This document shows, one piece after another, positions 7,130-15,528 of a DNA stretch of 64,000 nt. Positions within the stretch are counted from its first letter, which is position 1; every line of letters starts with the position of its first letter. Below the pieces are notes generated by a model. The model saw nothing but the letters and a program-made list of their open reading frames with translations, was not told the origin of the DNA and did not search any database. Source of the DNA: an uncultured Candidatus Saccharibacteria bacterium (GTDB taxonomy: Bacteria; Patescibacteriota; Minisyncoccia; Minisyncoccales; JAGGXC01); contig CAYUNN010000003.1 of NCBI GenBank assembly GCA_964445905.1, positions 69,312 to 133,311 on the forward strand. Reading direction: 5' to 3'. The position numbers and the translations under genes were made by a program.

Positions 7130-9583
7130 ATGGCATTATCTGAAGCAGATATAAAAGCAAAATATATTGACCCTAAAATTCACGAGAGTGGATGGGCAGA
7201 GGAACTTTTAACTCGCGAATATCCAATTACGCAAGATAGGTTTTTTGTTGAAGGAGAAGAGTATAAGAAAATAAATAGCAAGAAGTTTGCTGACTATGTT
7301 TTAAAATATGATGATATAAATATTGCCTTAATCGAGGCGAAAGCCGAAGATGAAAGCCCGGGAAAACATTTAAGTCAGGCTCAAGATTATGGAAAAAGGT
7401 TAGATGTCCCTTTTGTTTATATTTCTAATGGCAAAAAAACAATTTTGTATGACAGGAGAAATTTAAAAACCCAAGATGTTGACACATATTTAACTCCAGA
7501 AGAAATGTACCAAAGTTATCTTGAGTGGAAGGGGCTCAATAAGGCAAAGGTAGATGCTTTAAATTATCCACCTTATATTTCACCAACACAAAAGCCAAGA
7601 TTTTATCAAGAAGCTGCTGTTAAGGCTGTTATAGAGAATATTGTTAAGGGCAATAAAAAGACACTATTAACTATGGCGACAGGGACCGGTAAGACTTATG
7701 TTTCTTTTCAAACAGTATGGAAATTAGTTAAATCCAAACACTTTCATAGAGTTCTATTTTTGACAGATAGGATAATTTTAAGAGATGATGCTTATGAAAG
7801 AGACTTTGAGCCATTTGGAGAGGCAAGAGAAAAAATAAAAGGAGGTAAATTTAATAAGAATCGTAATATTTATTTCTCTACCTATCAAACATTATTTGCT
7901 GAAGATTTATATAAGAAAATTCCTAATGAATTTTTTGATTTAGTTATTATTGATGAATGTCATCGTTCTCGTTATGGAGATTGGGGTATAATTTTAGACC
8001 ATTTTAATACTGCTTATAATTTTGGCATGACAGCTACCCCTAAACGTCAAGACAACATTGATGTTTATGAATATTTTGGCGAACCGGTCTATGAATATAG
8101 TATGGGCCAAGCCATAGAAGATGGTTTTCTTGTCCCGTATAAGATTTATAAAATAAAAACAAACCTTTATAAGAAAGGACTTCACACCAGTGATGCAGAA
8201 GAAGTTATTTATGATGATGAAATAGACCCCGATGAGTTGAAGGATTTTTATGAACCATCTGAATATGAAAGAGCTATAAGCATTCCAGACCAAATTGAAA
8301 CTTTATCCAAAAAGGTAGTTGAGATTTTAGATAAAACAAATCCATATGGAAAAACCATTATATTCTGTGTAGATATGGCTCACGCCCAAAGCGTTAAAGA
8401 TGAGCTTAATAGGGCAAAGGGTAACGAAGAATATGCTACCAGAGTAGTTGCAGAAGATAAGGATAATTTAAGACCCTTTAGAGATAAAGAAATGACAATG
8501 CCTGTAATTGCTACTACTGTTGATTTGCTTTCTACTGGGGTAGATATACCAAACCTTGAGAATATTATTTTTATGCGTCCTGTAAGCTCTCAGGTATTGT
8601 TTAAACAGATTATTGGACGTGGTTCTAGATTATGCGAAGGAAAGGGATTTTTTAGAATAATTGACTTTACTAACGCTACTAGACTAATTGACGAATGGGA
8701 TGTACCGAAACCACCGCCTCCTCCACCGGAGCCGCCCGAAGAACCTAAGGCTCCCTTCGATAAACTTCTTTTTGGAGTGTTGGTTGATGCTAAAACAGAA
8801 AAACCAATTCCAAAGGCAAATCTTATAGCTAAAATTAGCAGATGGTTTAAGATAGGAACAACTGATAAAAATGGGATATTTAATCTTTTCGGATTACCCT
8901 CCAACGATACTATTGGCTTCTCTGCAGAGAAAGATGCTTATAAAAAATTCAATAAGAAAGTTAAGCCTCAAGAATCAGAAAGTGATGCTCCTTATGTTTT
9001 TAGTTTAAAGTCAGAAAAAGCTAAAGGCAAAAAAATAAAAATTAAGGGAATTGAGGTAACTATTGAAGAAGAAATAGAGGTTGAGTTTGAGGGCAAAAAG
9101 CTATCTTATGCAGAATACAGAAAATATTCTAAAGAGAATATTAAGAAGAAGATTCACTCAAGTGATGAATTAAGAGAAATTTGGCTGACTCCGGAGAAGA
9201 AAAAGAAGTTTCTTAAAGATTTAGAGAGCAGAAACATTAACATAGAACTTATTAAATCCATAGACAATTTTGGAGATAGTGATAGTTTTGATATTATTGC
9301 TCACCTTGCTTTTAATTCCCCTCTTTTAACCAGAGAAGATAGAGTTAAACAGTTTCTGCGTAATAATAATCAAAACATAACTCAACACGGCCAAGCCATT
9401 CAGGAAGCTATTTATAATATTTTAGATATGTATAAATATACGGGGGAGGAGAATTTATCTTCTCAAATATTTATGCTTCCGAATATGAATGCTCAAAAGA
9501 AAGAGGTCCAAAGTAAATATCCTAATGGATTAGCAGGGTTTATGAATTTCTTAAAACAAAAAATATATAGCGAAGCCAAATAA
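7130..9583 (+). CDS. hsdR: Type I restriction endonuclease subunit R (EcoAI/EcoEI-like)
   Basis: ADYVL..IEAK nuclease motif, MATGTGKT Walker A, DECHR, QIIGRGSR, and C-terminal DSFDIIAHLAF. Confidence 0.95.
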   Translation: MALSEADIKAKYIDPKIHESGWAEELLTREYPITQDRFFVEGEEYKKINSKKFADYVLKYDDINIALIEAKAEDESPGKHLSQAQDYGKRLDVPFVYISNGKKTILYDRRNLKTQDVDTYLTPEEMYQSYLEWKGLNKAKVDALNYPPYISPTQKPRFYQEAAVKAVIENIVKGNKKTLLTMATGTGKTYVSFQTVWKLVKSKHFHRVLFLTDRIILRDDAYERDFEPFGEAREKIKGGKFNKNRNIYFSTYQTLFAEDLYKKIPNEFFDLVIIDECHRSRYGDWGIILDHFNTAYNFGMTATPKRQDNIDVYEYFGEPVYEYSMGQAIEDGFLVPYKIYKIKTNLYKKGLHTSDAEEVIYDDEIDPDELKDFYEPSEYERAISIPDQIETLSKKVVEILDKTNPYGKTIIFCVDMAHAQSVKDELNRAKGNEEYATRVVAEDKDNLRPFRDKEMTMPVIATTVDLLSTGVDIPNLENIIFMRPVSSQVLFKQIIGRGSRLCEGKGFFRIIDFTNATRLIDEWDVPKPPPPPPEPPEEPKAPFDKLLFGVLVDAKTEKPIPKANLIAKISRWFKIGTTDKNGIFNLFGLPSNDTIGFSAEKDAYKKFNKKVKPQESESDAPYVFSLKSEKAKGKKIKIKGIEVTIEEEIEVEFEGKKLSYAEYRKYSKENIKKKIHSSDELREIWLTPEKKKKFLKDLESRNINIELIKSIDNFGDSDSFDIIAHLAFNSPLLTREDRVKQFLRNNNQNITQHGQAIQEAIYNILDMYKYTGEENLSSQIFMLPNMNAQKKEVQSKYPNGLAGFMNFLKQKIYSEAK

Positions 9584-9604
9584 TTATTTTAAAAAAATAA
9601 AAAT

Positions 9605-10531
9605 ATGCCCATATTTCAAATAAAAAATAAGAAACTAGTAAAAATTAAAGAAAAAGTTGCTCCTTTAGAAAAAGATATTCAAAAAGTAACGGAAGAAAAT
9701 TTAGAAGAAATATTCGGATTAAAATATATTTCTTCTGAATTTCCTTTAAATAATTTAAGAATTGATACTCTTTGTTTTAATCCGGAAACAAATTCTTTTG
9801 TAATCATAGAATATAAAAAAGATAGGAGTTTTAGTGTCATAGACCAAGGCTTTGCTTATCTTGCCTTAATGCTTAATAATAAAGCAGATTTTCTTTTAGA
9901 ATATAATGAGAAAACAAAAAAGCAGCTAAATAGAGATAATGTAGATTGGTCTCAATCTAAGATAATTTTTATTTCTCCTTACTTTACTCCTCACCAGAAA
10001 GGCGCTATAAACTTTAAAAACCTACCTCTTGAGTTATGGGAAGTCAATTTTTTTGGCAGTGATTTGATTGAATATGAACATATTGAACCAATTGAAACCT
10101 CTGAAAACATAGAAAAGATTACTGGAGGAGATAAGTTGATAAAAAGAGTGGCTAAAGATATTAAGCCTTACGACTTAGATTCGCATCTTAAAAAAGCATC
10201 TGACAAAACAAGAGATTTATATAGCTCTTTGAAAGAAAAAATATTTGAGTTGGGTGATGTTAAAGAAATTCCAAAACAACTTTATGTTGCCTACCGTATA
10301 GGAGACAGTCGTATAAATTTCTGTTCAATACATTTCTACAAAGAGAAGCTTGAAATTTATATTTTAATAGCCGATAAGAATCTTGATGACCCAAGGAAAA
10401 TGTCAAAAAAGGTTCCAAAGTCATATGGTTGGGCCAAGAATCTAAAAGTGTTCAACATAACATCAGAGAAAGACTTACGCTATGCAATGAATCTTATCGA
10501 GCAATCCTACGAGTTCAATAAAAACCGATAA
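9605..10531 (+). CDS. PD-(D/E)XK endonuclease-like protein (NucS/DUF91-like) with C-terminal DUF5655-like domain
   Basis: EKDIQ...RIDTL...VIIEYK...QGFAY motif. Confidence 0.7.
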   Translation: MPIFQIKNKKLVKIKEKVAPLEKDIQKVTEENLEEIFGLKYISSEFPLNNLRIDTLCFNPETNSFVIIEYKKDRSFSVIDQGFAYLALMLNNKADFLLEYNEKTKKQLNRDNVDWSQSKIIFISPYFTPHQKGAINFKNLPLELWEVNFFGSDLIEYEHIEPIETSENIEKITGGDKLIKRVAKDIKPYDLDSHLKKASDKTRDLYSSLKEKIFELGDVKEIPKQLYVAYRIGDSRINFCSIHFYKEKLEIYILIADKNLDDPRKMSKKVPKSYGWAKNLKVFNITSEKDLRYAMNLIEQSYEFNKNR

Positions 10532-10545
10532 TTTTAGCTTGAAAC

Positions 10546-11397
10546 ATGAAGAAAGAATTAAAAGAATCAATAGAGAAAAGCGGAAATAAGCTTCATTTAG
10601 AAACAGCTGCTATTCTTGAAAAAAATGAATGGAATGTTGATTTAAGTTCTTATTATTATGATGATACTCAAAGAAAACCAAGAGAAATTGATATAATAGC
10701 TGATAAAGATTTTTCGATTAAAAATGAAGGTAAAGAGGTTGGGAAATTCAAGCTATTTTTATTCATTGAATGTAAATACTTAAAAAGTGATATAGGATTT
10801 ATAATGCGTGAAAATAATAGAAAGCAAGCAGAGGAGGCCATGATTTTTAGTGAAATAAATAAAGATAAAAATCTATTTTCTTATTTGGAAGGAATGCACG
10901 ATTATGGTTCTAATAAATTTACACATCATTATTTGAAAGATGAGTTTGTTGGAAAACTTTATAATACTACATCTGAGGACGAAAATAAGATTTTTAATGC
11001 GCTTACTCAGCCCATAAAATCCTTAATCTTCTTTCAGGAAAGTCTTTATAAAATGGAGCCGGAAGTTGGGGTTAAAAAGGCAATTTATTATCCTCTGGTT
11101 GTTTATTCGGGCATTGATGGAATATATCCAATTGAAGAATATGATAACTTAAATGACTTAAAGACAAAGGAAGGGGTGATATTTGCCTTAAATTATTCTT
11201 ATAAAAGTCCTACTAAAACAAAAACAGTTTATGGTGCGCAAGTTCCGATACTAACAACTCAACCCTTTTATATTGATTTTGTAAAAAAAGACGCCCTAGG
11301 TAGATTTTTAAGTAACGTTATTGGACAGGAAGCAAAAAGGTTTCAAAGATATTTTTCTAGCGTGGAGGAACAAAAAGATTTAAATAAAAATATATAG
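10546..11397 (+). CDS. Restriction-endonuclease-fold (PD-(D/E)XK) protein
   Basis: KSG..L....AILE...W.V...YYYDD...REIDIIA...LFIECK pattern. Confidence 0.65.
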   Translation: MKKELKESIEKSGNKLHLETAAILEKNEWNVDLSSYYYDDTQRKPREIDIIADKDFSIKNEGKEVGKFKLFLFIECKYLKSDIGFIMRENNRKQAEEAMIFSEINKDKNLFSYLEGMHDYGSNKFTHHYLKDEFVGKLYNTTSEDENKIFNALTQPIKSLIFFQESLYKMEPEVGVKKAIYYPLVVYSGIDGIYPIEEYDNLNDLKTKEGVIFALNYSYKSPTKTKTVYGAQVPILTTQPFYIDFVKKDALGRFLSNVIGQEAKRFQRYFSSVEEQKDLNKNI

Positions 11398-11416
11398 CAT
11401 TTTAAAATCTTAAGAC

Positions 11417-11650
11417 ATGAAAGAAACAATTAAGATACGTCATAAAAGAAAAGGATATAAAAAATTTTTAGCAGAAGAAGAAAGAGGATATTATCCGAGC
11501 AAAGATAAAAATAAATACCCATTAGGGGTTGATAAAATAAGAATAATTGATAAAGGAAAAAATCTGTATATAGAAAAAGTGATAGACAAAAAAACAGGGA
11601 AGATTATTAGGAACATAGAAGAATTATTAACCAAGCATAAAAAATTATAA
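11417..11650 (+). CDS. Small basic hypothetical protein
   Basis: 77-aa ORF in operon-like spacing. Confidence 0.55.
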   Translation: MKETIKIRHKRKGYKKFLAEEERGYYPSKDKNKYPLGVDKIRIIDKGKNLYIEKVIDKKTGKIIRNIEELLTKHKKL

Positions 11651-11653
11651 AAT

Positions 11654-11944
11654 ATGTCATTAGAAAAATTATCAGACCGAATTGCCAAAAATCAATTTTT
11701 ATTCTCAGCTTTGTTGATTTTAATACTAACAGTTTACTTAATAGTCAATGAAGCTGACATCAAATATATAAATTTAGGGTTAATAACTTTCCTTTATTTT
11801 TATGTTTTATTTTTAACTAACTCTTTTTTTATGAAGGTTATTTATAAAGAAAAGGCTCAAGACCATAGCAGGTGGAAAGAATATATATTATTTTTCTTGT
11901 TTACTATTATATGGTTATTTATTTTGTTTAAATTTTATGAGTAA
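11654..11944 (+). CDS. Small membrane protein (about 3 TM)
   Basis: Three hydrophobic stretches; overlaps the next start. Confidence 0.55.
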   Translation: MSLEKLSDRIAKNQFLFSALLILILTVYLIVNEADIKYINLGLITFLYFYVLFLTNSFFMKVIYKEKAQDHSRWKEYILFFLFTIIWLFILFKFYE

Positions 11945-12596
11945 ATTAAGATTCATTACGGAACAACTGATAGAAGCTAACAATCTACTTTTTAATTCCA
12001 TTAAAACTTTGTATAAAGAAGATGATAAAAATAGTGGGAAATTATATCACCCCATATCTGTGATGTTGTTATCTTTTTGTTTTATTGATTGCTTAAGAAG
12101 GCTTAATTATATTTTTGAAAATGGAAAAGACGGTAAGGAGAATTTTAATAACAAAATTAACTATGAGGACTTTTTGAACCGTTTTATTATAAACAACGAT
12201 AAATATAATCAGTATAATTACTCTTTTGATGCAAATAGTTTATATCAGATAAGAAATGACCTAGTCCACTCTTTTGGATTAAAGAGGATATATAATAATG
12301 ATATTTTTAATTTTGTAGGAGGTGATTTATTTGAGAGCAAAAAAAATGTAGAAGACCTTAATATTTTAGGAAAACTAAATAATCCTTTAGCTAGAAACAT
12401 ACATACTATAACATTTAAATCTTTTTTAGAAATAATAAAAGAGGGTATGATGAAGATGTTAAGAGAGTGGGAAAAGAAGACTCTTAAAGATAAAGATTCA
12501 GAATCTTTTAAGAAGAATATAAATGATTTACACTTAGATTTAAAAGATATTACATATTTTTATTTAGGTTCAAGGTTAAAAAATAAAGTCGAATAA
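11937..12596 (+). CDS. Putative HEPN-like protein
   Basis: R-x4-H motif LYQIRNDLVHSFG in a helical context. Confidence 0.5.
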   Translation: MSKLRFITEQLIEANNLLFNSIKTLYKEDDKNSGKLYHPISVMLLSFCFIDCLRRLNYIFENGKDGKENFNNKINYEDFLNRFIINNDKYNQYNYSFDANSLYQIRNDLVHSFGLKRIYNNDIFNFVGGDLFESKKNVEDLNILGKLNNPLARNIHTITFKSFLEIIKEGMMKMLREWEKKTLKDKDSESFKKNINDLHLDLKDITYFYLGSRLKNKVE

Positions 12597-12615
12597 AAAT
12601 TAAATTATTATTACT

Positions 12616-13149
12616 ATGAAAAAATATATCGTAATTATTGTAGCTTTGATTCTTGTTGGAGGATTTTCTATTGTTAGTGCATCTCAAGAAGGAAATCCTT
12701 TTCAGAAAATATGGACTGCAATAAATAATCTTCAAGAGCAAATCTATAGTATAGAGCTTACTCCCGGCCCAGAAGGACCGCAGGGACCAGAGGGTCCAGG
12801 GGGTCCAGAGGGTCCGCAGGGACCGGAAGGACCACAGGGAATACAAGGTCTGGAGGGACCTGCAGGTCCTACTATTTTTCCTGAACCAGCATTTGATAGT
12901 GGTTGGGTAGAAATACCACCATATAATTCTGTAACAGATATTCACCACGATGTAGGAGGAGATGTAAATGATTATTTCATTTATGCTACATATCTTAGGC
13001 ACAATGATACCCTTACATCACATAGAACCGCAGCCGATGCAATATGGTGGGAAGATGTAGAACCTAATAATATACAGTTAATAACTAATGGAGATGTAAC
13101 TAATGAATTTAAGGCAGCTAGAATAAGAATTTGGGTTATAGGAGAATAA
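12616..13149 (+). CDS. Secreted collagen-like (Gly-X-Y) protein
   Basis: Signal peptide, short coiled coil, run of GPE/GPQ triplets, C-terminal globular domain (FDSGW...). Confidence 0.85.
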   Translation: MKKYIVIIVALILVGGFSIVSASQEGNPFQKIWTAINNLQEQIYSIELTPGPEGPQGPEGPGGPEGPQGPEGPQGIQGLEGPAGPTIFPEPAFDSGWVEIPPYNSVTDIHHDVGGDVNDYFIYATYLRHNDTLTSHRTAADAIWWEDVEPNNIQLITNGDVTNEFKAARIRIWVIGE

Positions 13150-13159
13150 TAATTAAAAT

Positions 13160-13190
13160 AAAAAGCTCATTGTTTTTCTTTGAGCTTTTT
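13160..13190. terminator. Bidirectional intrinsic terminator
   Basis: Hairpin with AAAAAGCTCA and TGAGCTTTTT arms and A/T tails on both sides. Confidence 0.7.
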
Positions 13191-13192
13191 GT

Positions 13193-13291
13193 TTATGCTA
13201 GTAATTTTTGGGCTAGATTAAGAGTTAATTCAATATTTTGAATATAATCTGCCCATTTAGATGTTCGAAAACTGTCCCATCTGGGGAGCCG
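13193..13291 (-). pseudogene. Start-less fragment resembling a displaced recombinase C-terminus (int-C) at the att site
   Basis: Reads RLPRWDSFRTSKWADYIQNIELTLNLAQKLLA*. Same strand as the recombinase, starts at the att core, followed directly by a terminator. Confidence 0.55.
13263..13290 (+). repeat. att site: tRNA(Asn)-like 3' remnant
   Basis: GTTCGAA...TCCCAT-CTGGGGAGCC. Bacterial tRNA-Asn typically ends ...GGGGA-G-CCA. Followed by hairpin AAACACC-N10-GGTGTTT and a T-run. Confidence 0.6.
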
Positions 13292-13450
13292 ATAATTTCA
13301 AAATAAAACACCTTTTAGAAACGGTGTTTAATTTTTTTAATTCTCCTTATTCAAAGAGCAAACAAAAATTGTTCAACAGCGCGTTTTTTCTTGTCGAGAT
13401 CAGGGCACTTTGGGAGTGTTCGAACATAAGGAATATAATTAAAATTAATT

Positions 13451-13548
13451 TAGTTCACAATTTATAAGATAATTATAAATAGTCAGTTTACAATATAGTT
13501 TACAATTATATTTATCTACTTGACAATTATTTTAATATAGAGTAACCT
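13451..13548 (+). promoter_or_regulatory. Promoter with four direct repeats (consensus YAGTTTACAATW)
   Basis: Copies at 13451, 13484, 13496 and 13517. The last includes TTGACA (13520-13525); TAACCT follows after a 17-bp spacer. Confidence 0.5.
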
Positions 13549-13556
13549 TAGATTAC

Positions 13557-14582
13557 ATGAATAGAAAATACAAAATTAAAGAATTTATCAAGGTTAAAAA
13601 ACGGGTTTCTTCTACAGAAGTGGCGCGGCACTTCGGTTTTACTCGTCAGTACGCAAGCCAGCTTTTAAGAGCTATGGTTAATGCTGATACAATTGTTAAA
13701 TTTGGTTCTACCCGCTCTGCCTTCTATACTTTACCGGAATTAATTGACGAAGTTGGACCAACGGCGGTTGAGCGTCGTTTTAAGAATAAAAATGTAAAGG
13801 AGCATGAAATTTTTGATGATTTGATTTCTGCCTTTCCCGCTTTTCGTATTGTTCCCGAAAACATCCAAAGCATAGCACATTACGCATTTTCGGAAATGCT
13901 TAATAATGCTATTGAGCACTCACGCTCTGAAAATATTGAGGTCAAATTAGAAAGTAACGGCATGATTAGATTTGTTGTAGACGACTTTGGTATAGGTATA
14001 TTTAGAAATGTCATGCATCAGCGTAAACTTAAGTCAGAATTAGAAGCAATGCAGGATTTATTAAAAGGCAAGGTCACCACGGATCCAAAAGCGCATACAG
14101 GCGAAGGTATTTTCTTTACTTCGAAAGCAGCTGATCGTTTTGTTTTAGAAAGTTTTGGATACAAGATGATCGTAGATAATACGATTCCCGATGTTTTTTT
14201 TCACGAAGAAGAGCGGGTAAAACGCGGTACGCGTGTTACTTTTGCTATTGCACGAAATAGCAACAGACATCTAAATAAAATTTTTGAAAAATATCAATCA
14301 AAACCCGGCAGTTACGCTTTTGACAAAACCGAAGTACGTATTCGTTTATTTATAATGGGGACTGTCTATGTTTCGCGTTCTCAAGCGCGTCGTGTTTTAG
14401 TTGGTTTGGAAAAGTTTAAGAAAATTATTCTTGATTTCGACCGAGTGCCCAATGTTGGCCAGGCATTTGCTGATGAAATTTTTAGAGTTTTTCAAAGTCG
14501 TTACCCTAATATCTCTATTGAACCGATTAATATGAACAAGACCGTTCGTTTTATGGTCGAAAGAGTCGAAAAGCCGAATTGA
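13557..14582 (+). CDS. HTH + HATPase_c + STAS-like (DUF4325) protein
   Basis: N-terminal HTH; EMLNNAIEHS, DDFGIGI, GEGIFFT; C-terminal LDF..V..VGQAFADEIFR. Confidence 0.85.
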   Translation: MNRKYKIKEFIKVKKRVSSTEVARHFGFTRQYASQLLRAMVNADTIVKFGSTRSAFYTLPELIDEVGPTAVERRFKNKNVKEHEIFDDLISAFPAFRIVPENIQSIAHYAFSEMLNNAIEHSRSENIEVKLESNGMIRFVVDDFGIGIFRNVMHQRKLKSELEAMQDLLKGKVTTDPKAHTGEGIFFTSKAADRFVLESFGYKMIVDNTIPDVFFHEEERVKRGTRVTFAIARNSNRHLNKIFEKYQSKPGSYAFDKTEVRIRLFIMGTVYVSRSQARRVLVGLEKFKKIILDFDRVPNVGQAFADEIFRVFQSRYPNISIEPINMNKTVRFMVERVEKPN

Positions 14583-14621
14583 AGCCCGGAGGATGTTTTT
14601 TTACCAGAGTGAAATAAATTT

Positions 14622-15275
14622 ATGAGAGGAAAAAACAAAAAAAATTTAATAATTTTAGGAATAGCCACATTAATTTTGTCTGTTTTTATTGTTTTACAAC
14701 AAAACGATTCTTATTTGCCAGCTGCTATATACCATTCTCTACAGGAAGAAAATAAAGTGACCGTTGCCGGTTGTCCCACTTTTTATTATATGCTTGATAA
14801 ATTAAGCAATAACGGGATTAATGTTATTAAAACTAATTCTACAGCAGAAAGCCTTCGTTATTTACAAGAAAGTAAAGCAGATTTAATTATTGCGGGTAGG
14901 GCTTTAAAACCGGAAGAACCTAATTTTGATTCCGGCATTATTGGGCCCGGATATTCTTTTGTTTCTGAAAATGAGTTATTAATTCTTGATAAACAAATGG
15001 GCGATTACGATTTTTTTACAGACCTTTCGGCAGAAGAAATAATAGAAAAATTTCCCTATATTATTTATGACAAAATATTAAAAGTAGAGAATGTTTACGA
15101 TTACTTAGACGCAGGAATTGTTATTACTTCTGTTGAAAATACGGACTATTCAAAAAGCGAAATCGTTCATGTTTATACGGAAGATAGATCTAGACACCTT
15201 TTTTCACGCACTCCAGTAATTTATTATTCTGAAAACGTAAATAGCCTAGATTATATTAAAAGTATCCTTAGGTAA
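14622..15275 (+). CDS. Membrane-anchored protein, periplasmic-binding-protein-like fold
   Basis: N-terminal TM; STAESLRYLQESKADLIIAGR resembles a PBP2 motif. Confidence 0.5.
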   Translation: MRGKNKKNLIILGIATLILSVFIVLQQNDSYLPAAIYHSLQEENKVTVAGCPTFYYMLDKLSNNGINVIKTNSTAESLRYLQESKADLIIAGRALKPEEPNFDSGIIGPGYSFVSENELLILDKQMGDYDFFTDLSAEEIIEKFPYIIYDKILKVENVYDYLDAGIVITSVENTDYSKSEIVHVYTEDRSRHLFSRTPVIYYSENVNSLDYIKSILR

Positions 15276-15528
15276 AAATTTAGCCAAACAAGCTCTAATG
15301 TTGTTTGCTGCTTAGAATTCTCGCCCCCGCCTGTTATTTTTGGCCGTATTTTACTTCGGAGTATAATATTCTTAGTTTTCTTGCATTATATTATTTATTG
15401 TGTTATAGTTGAATAACTATTGTTTATAGTATCTCGAAAGAATAATATTTCGATACCCTACACAACAATTTATCATTTAAAGGTGATCGACATGTTATGA
15501 CTTTCGGGGTTTTTTATATTAAAAAAAT

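Larger units (their letters stand above)
1..13290. mobile_element. Integrative element (large serine recombinase island, phage-satellite/IME-like) with defence cargo; left end outside window
   Basis: Contains a recombinase, an excisionase-like HTH, a replication-type HTH, type I R-M and nuclease genes. Right boundary is a tRNA-3'-end-like CTGGGGAGCC (13281-13290) followed by a terminator-like hairpin. Confidence 0.8.

Noticed and set aside
12550-13002. 150-aa antisense ORF with RSLRTLW-like repeats
   Set aside because: Shadow of the collagen-like gene's GC-rich repeats.
13261-13467. 68-aa + strand ORF
   Set aside because: It spans the att site and a terminator-like hairpin and has no recognisable protein features.
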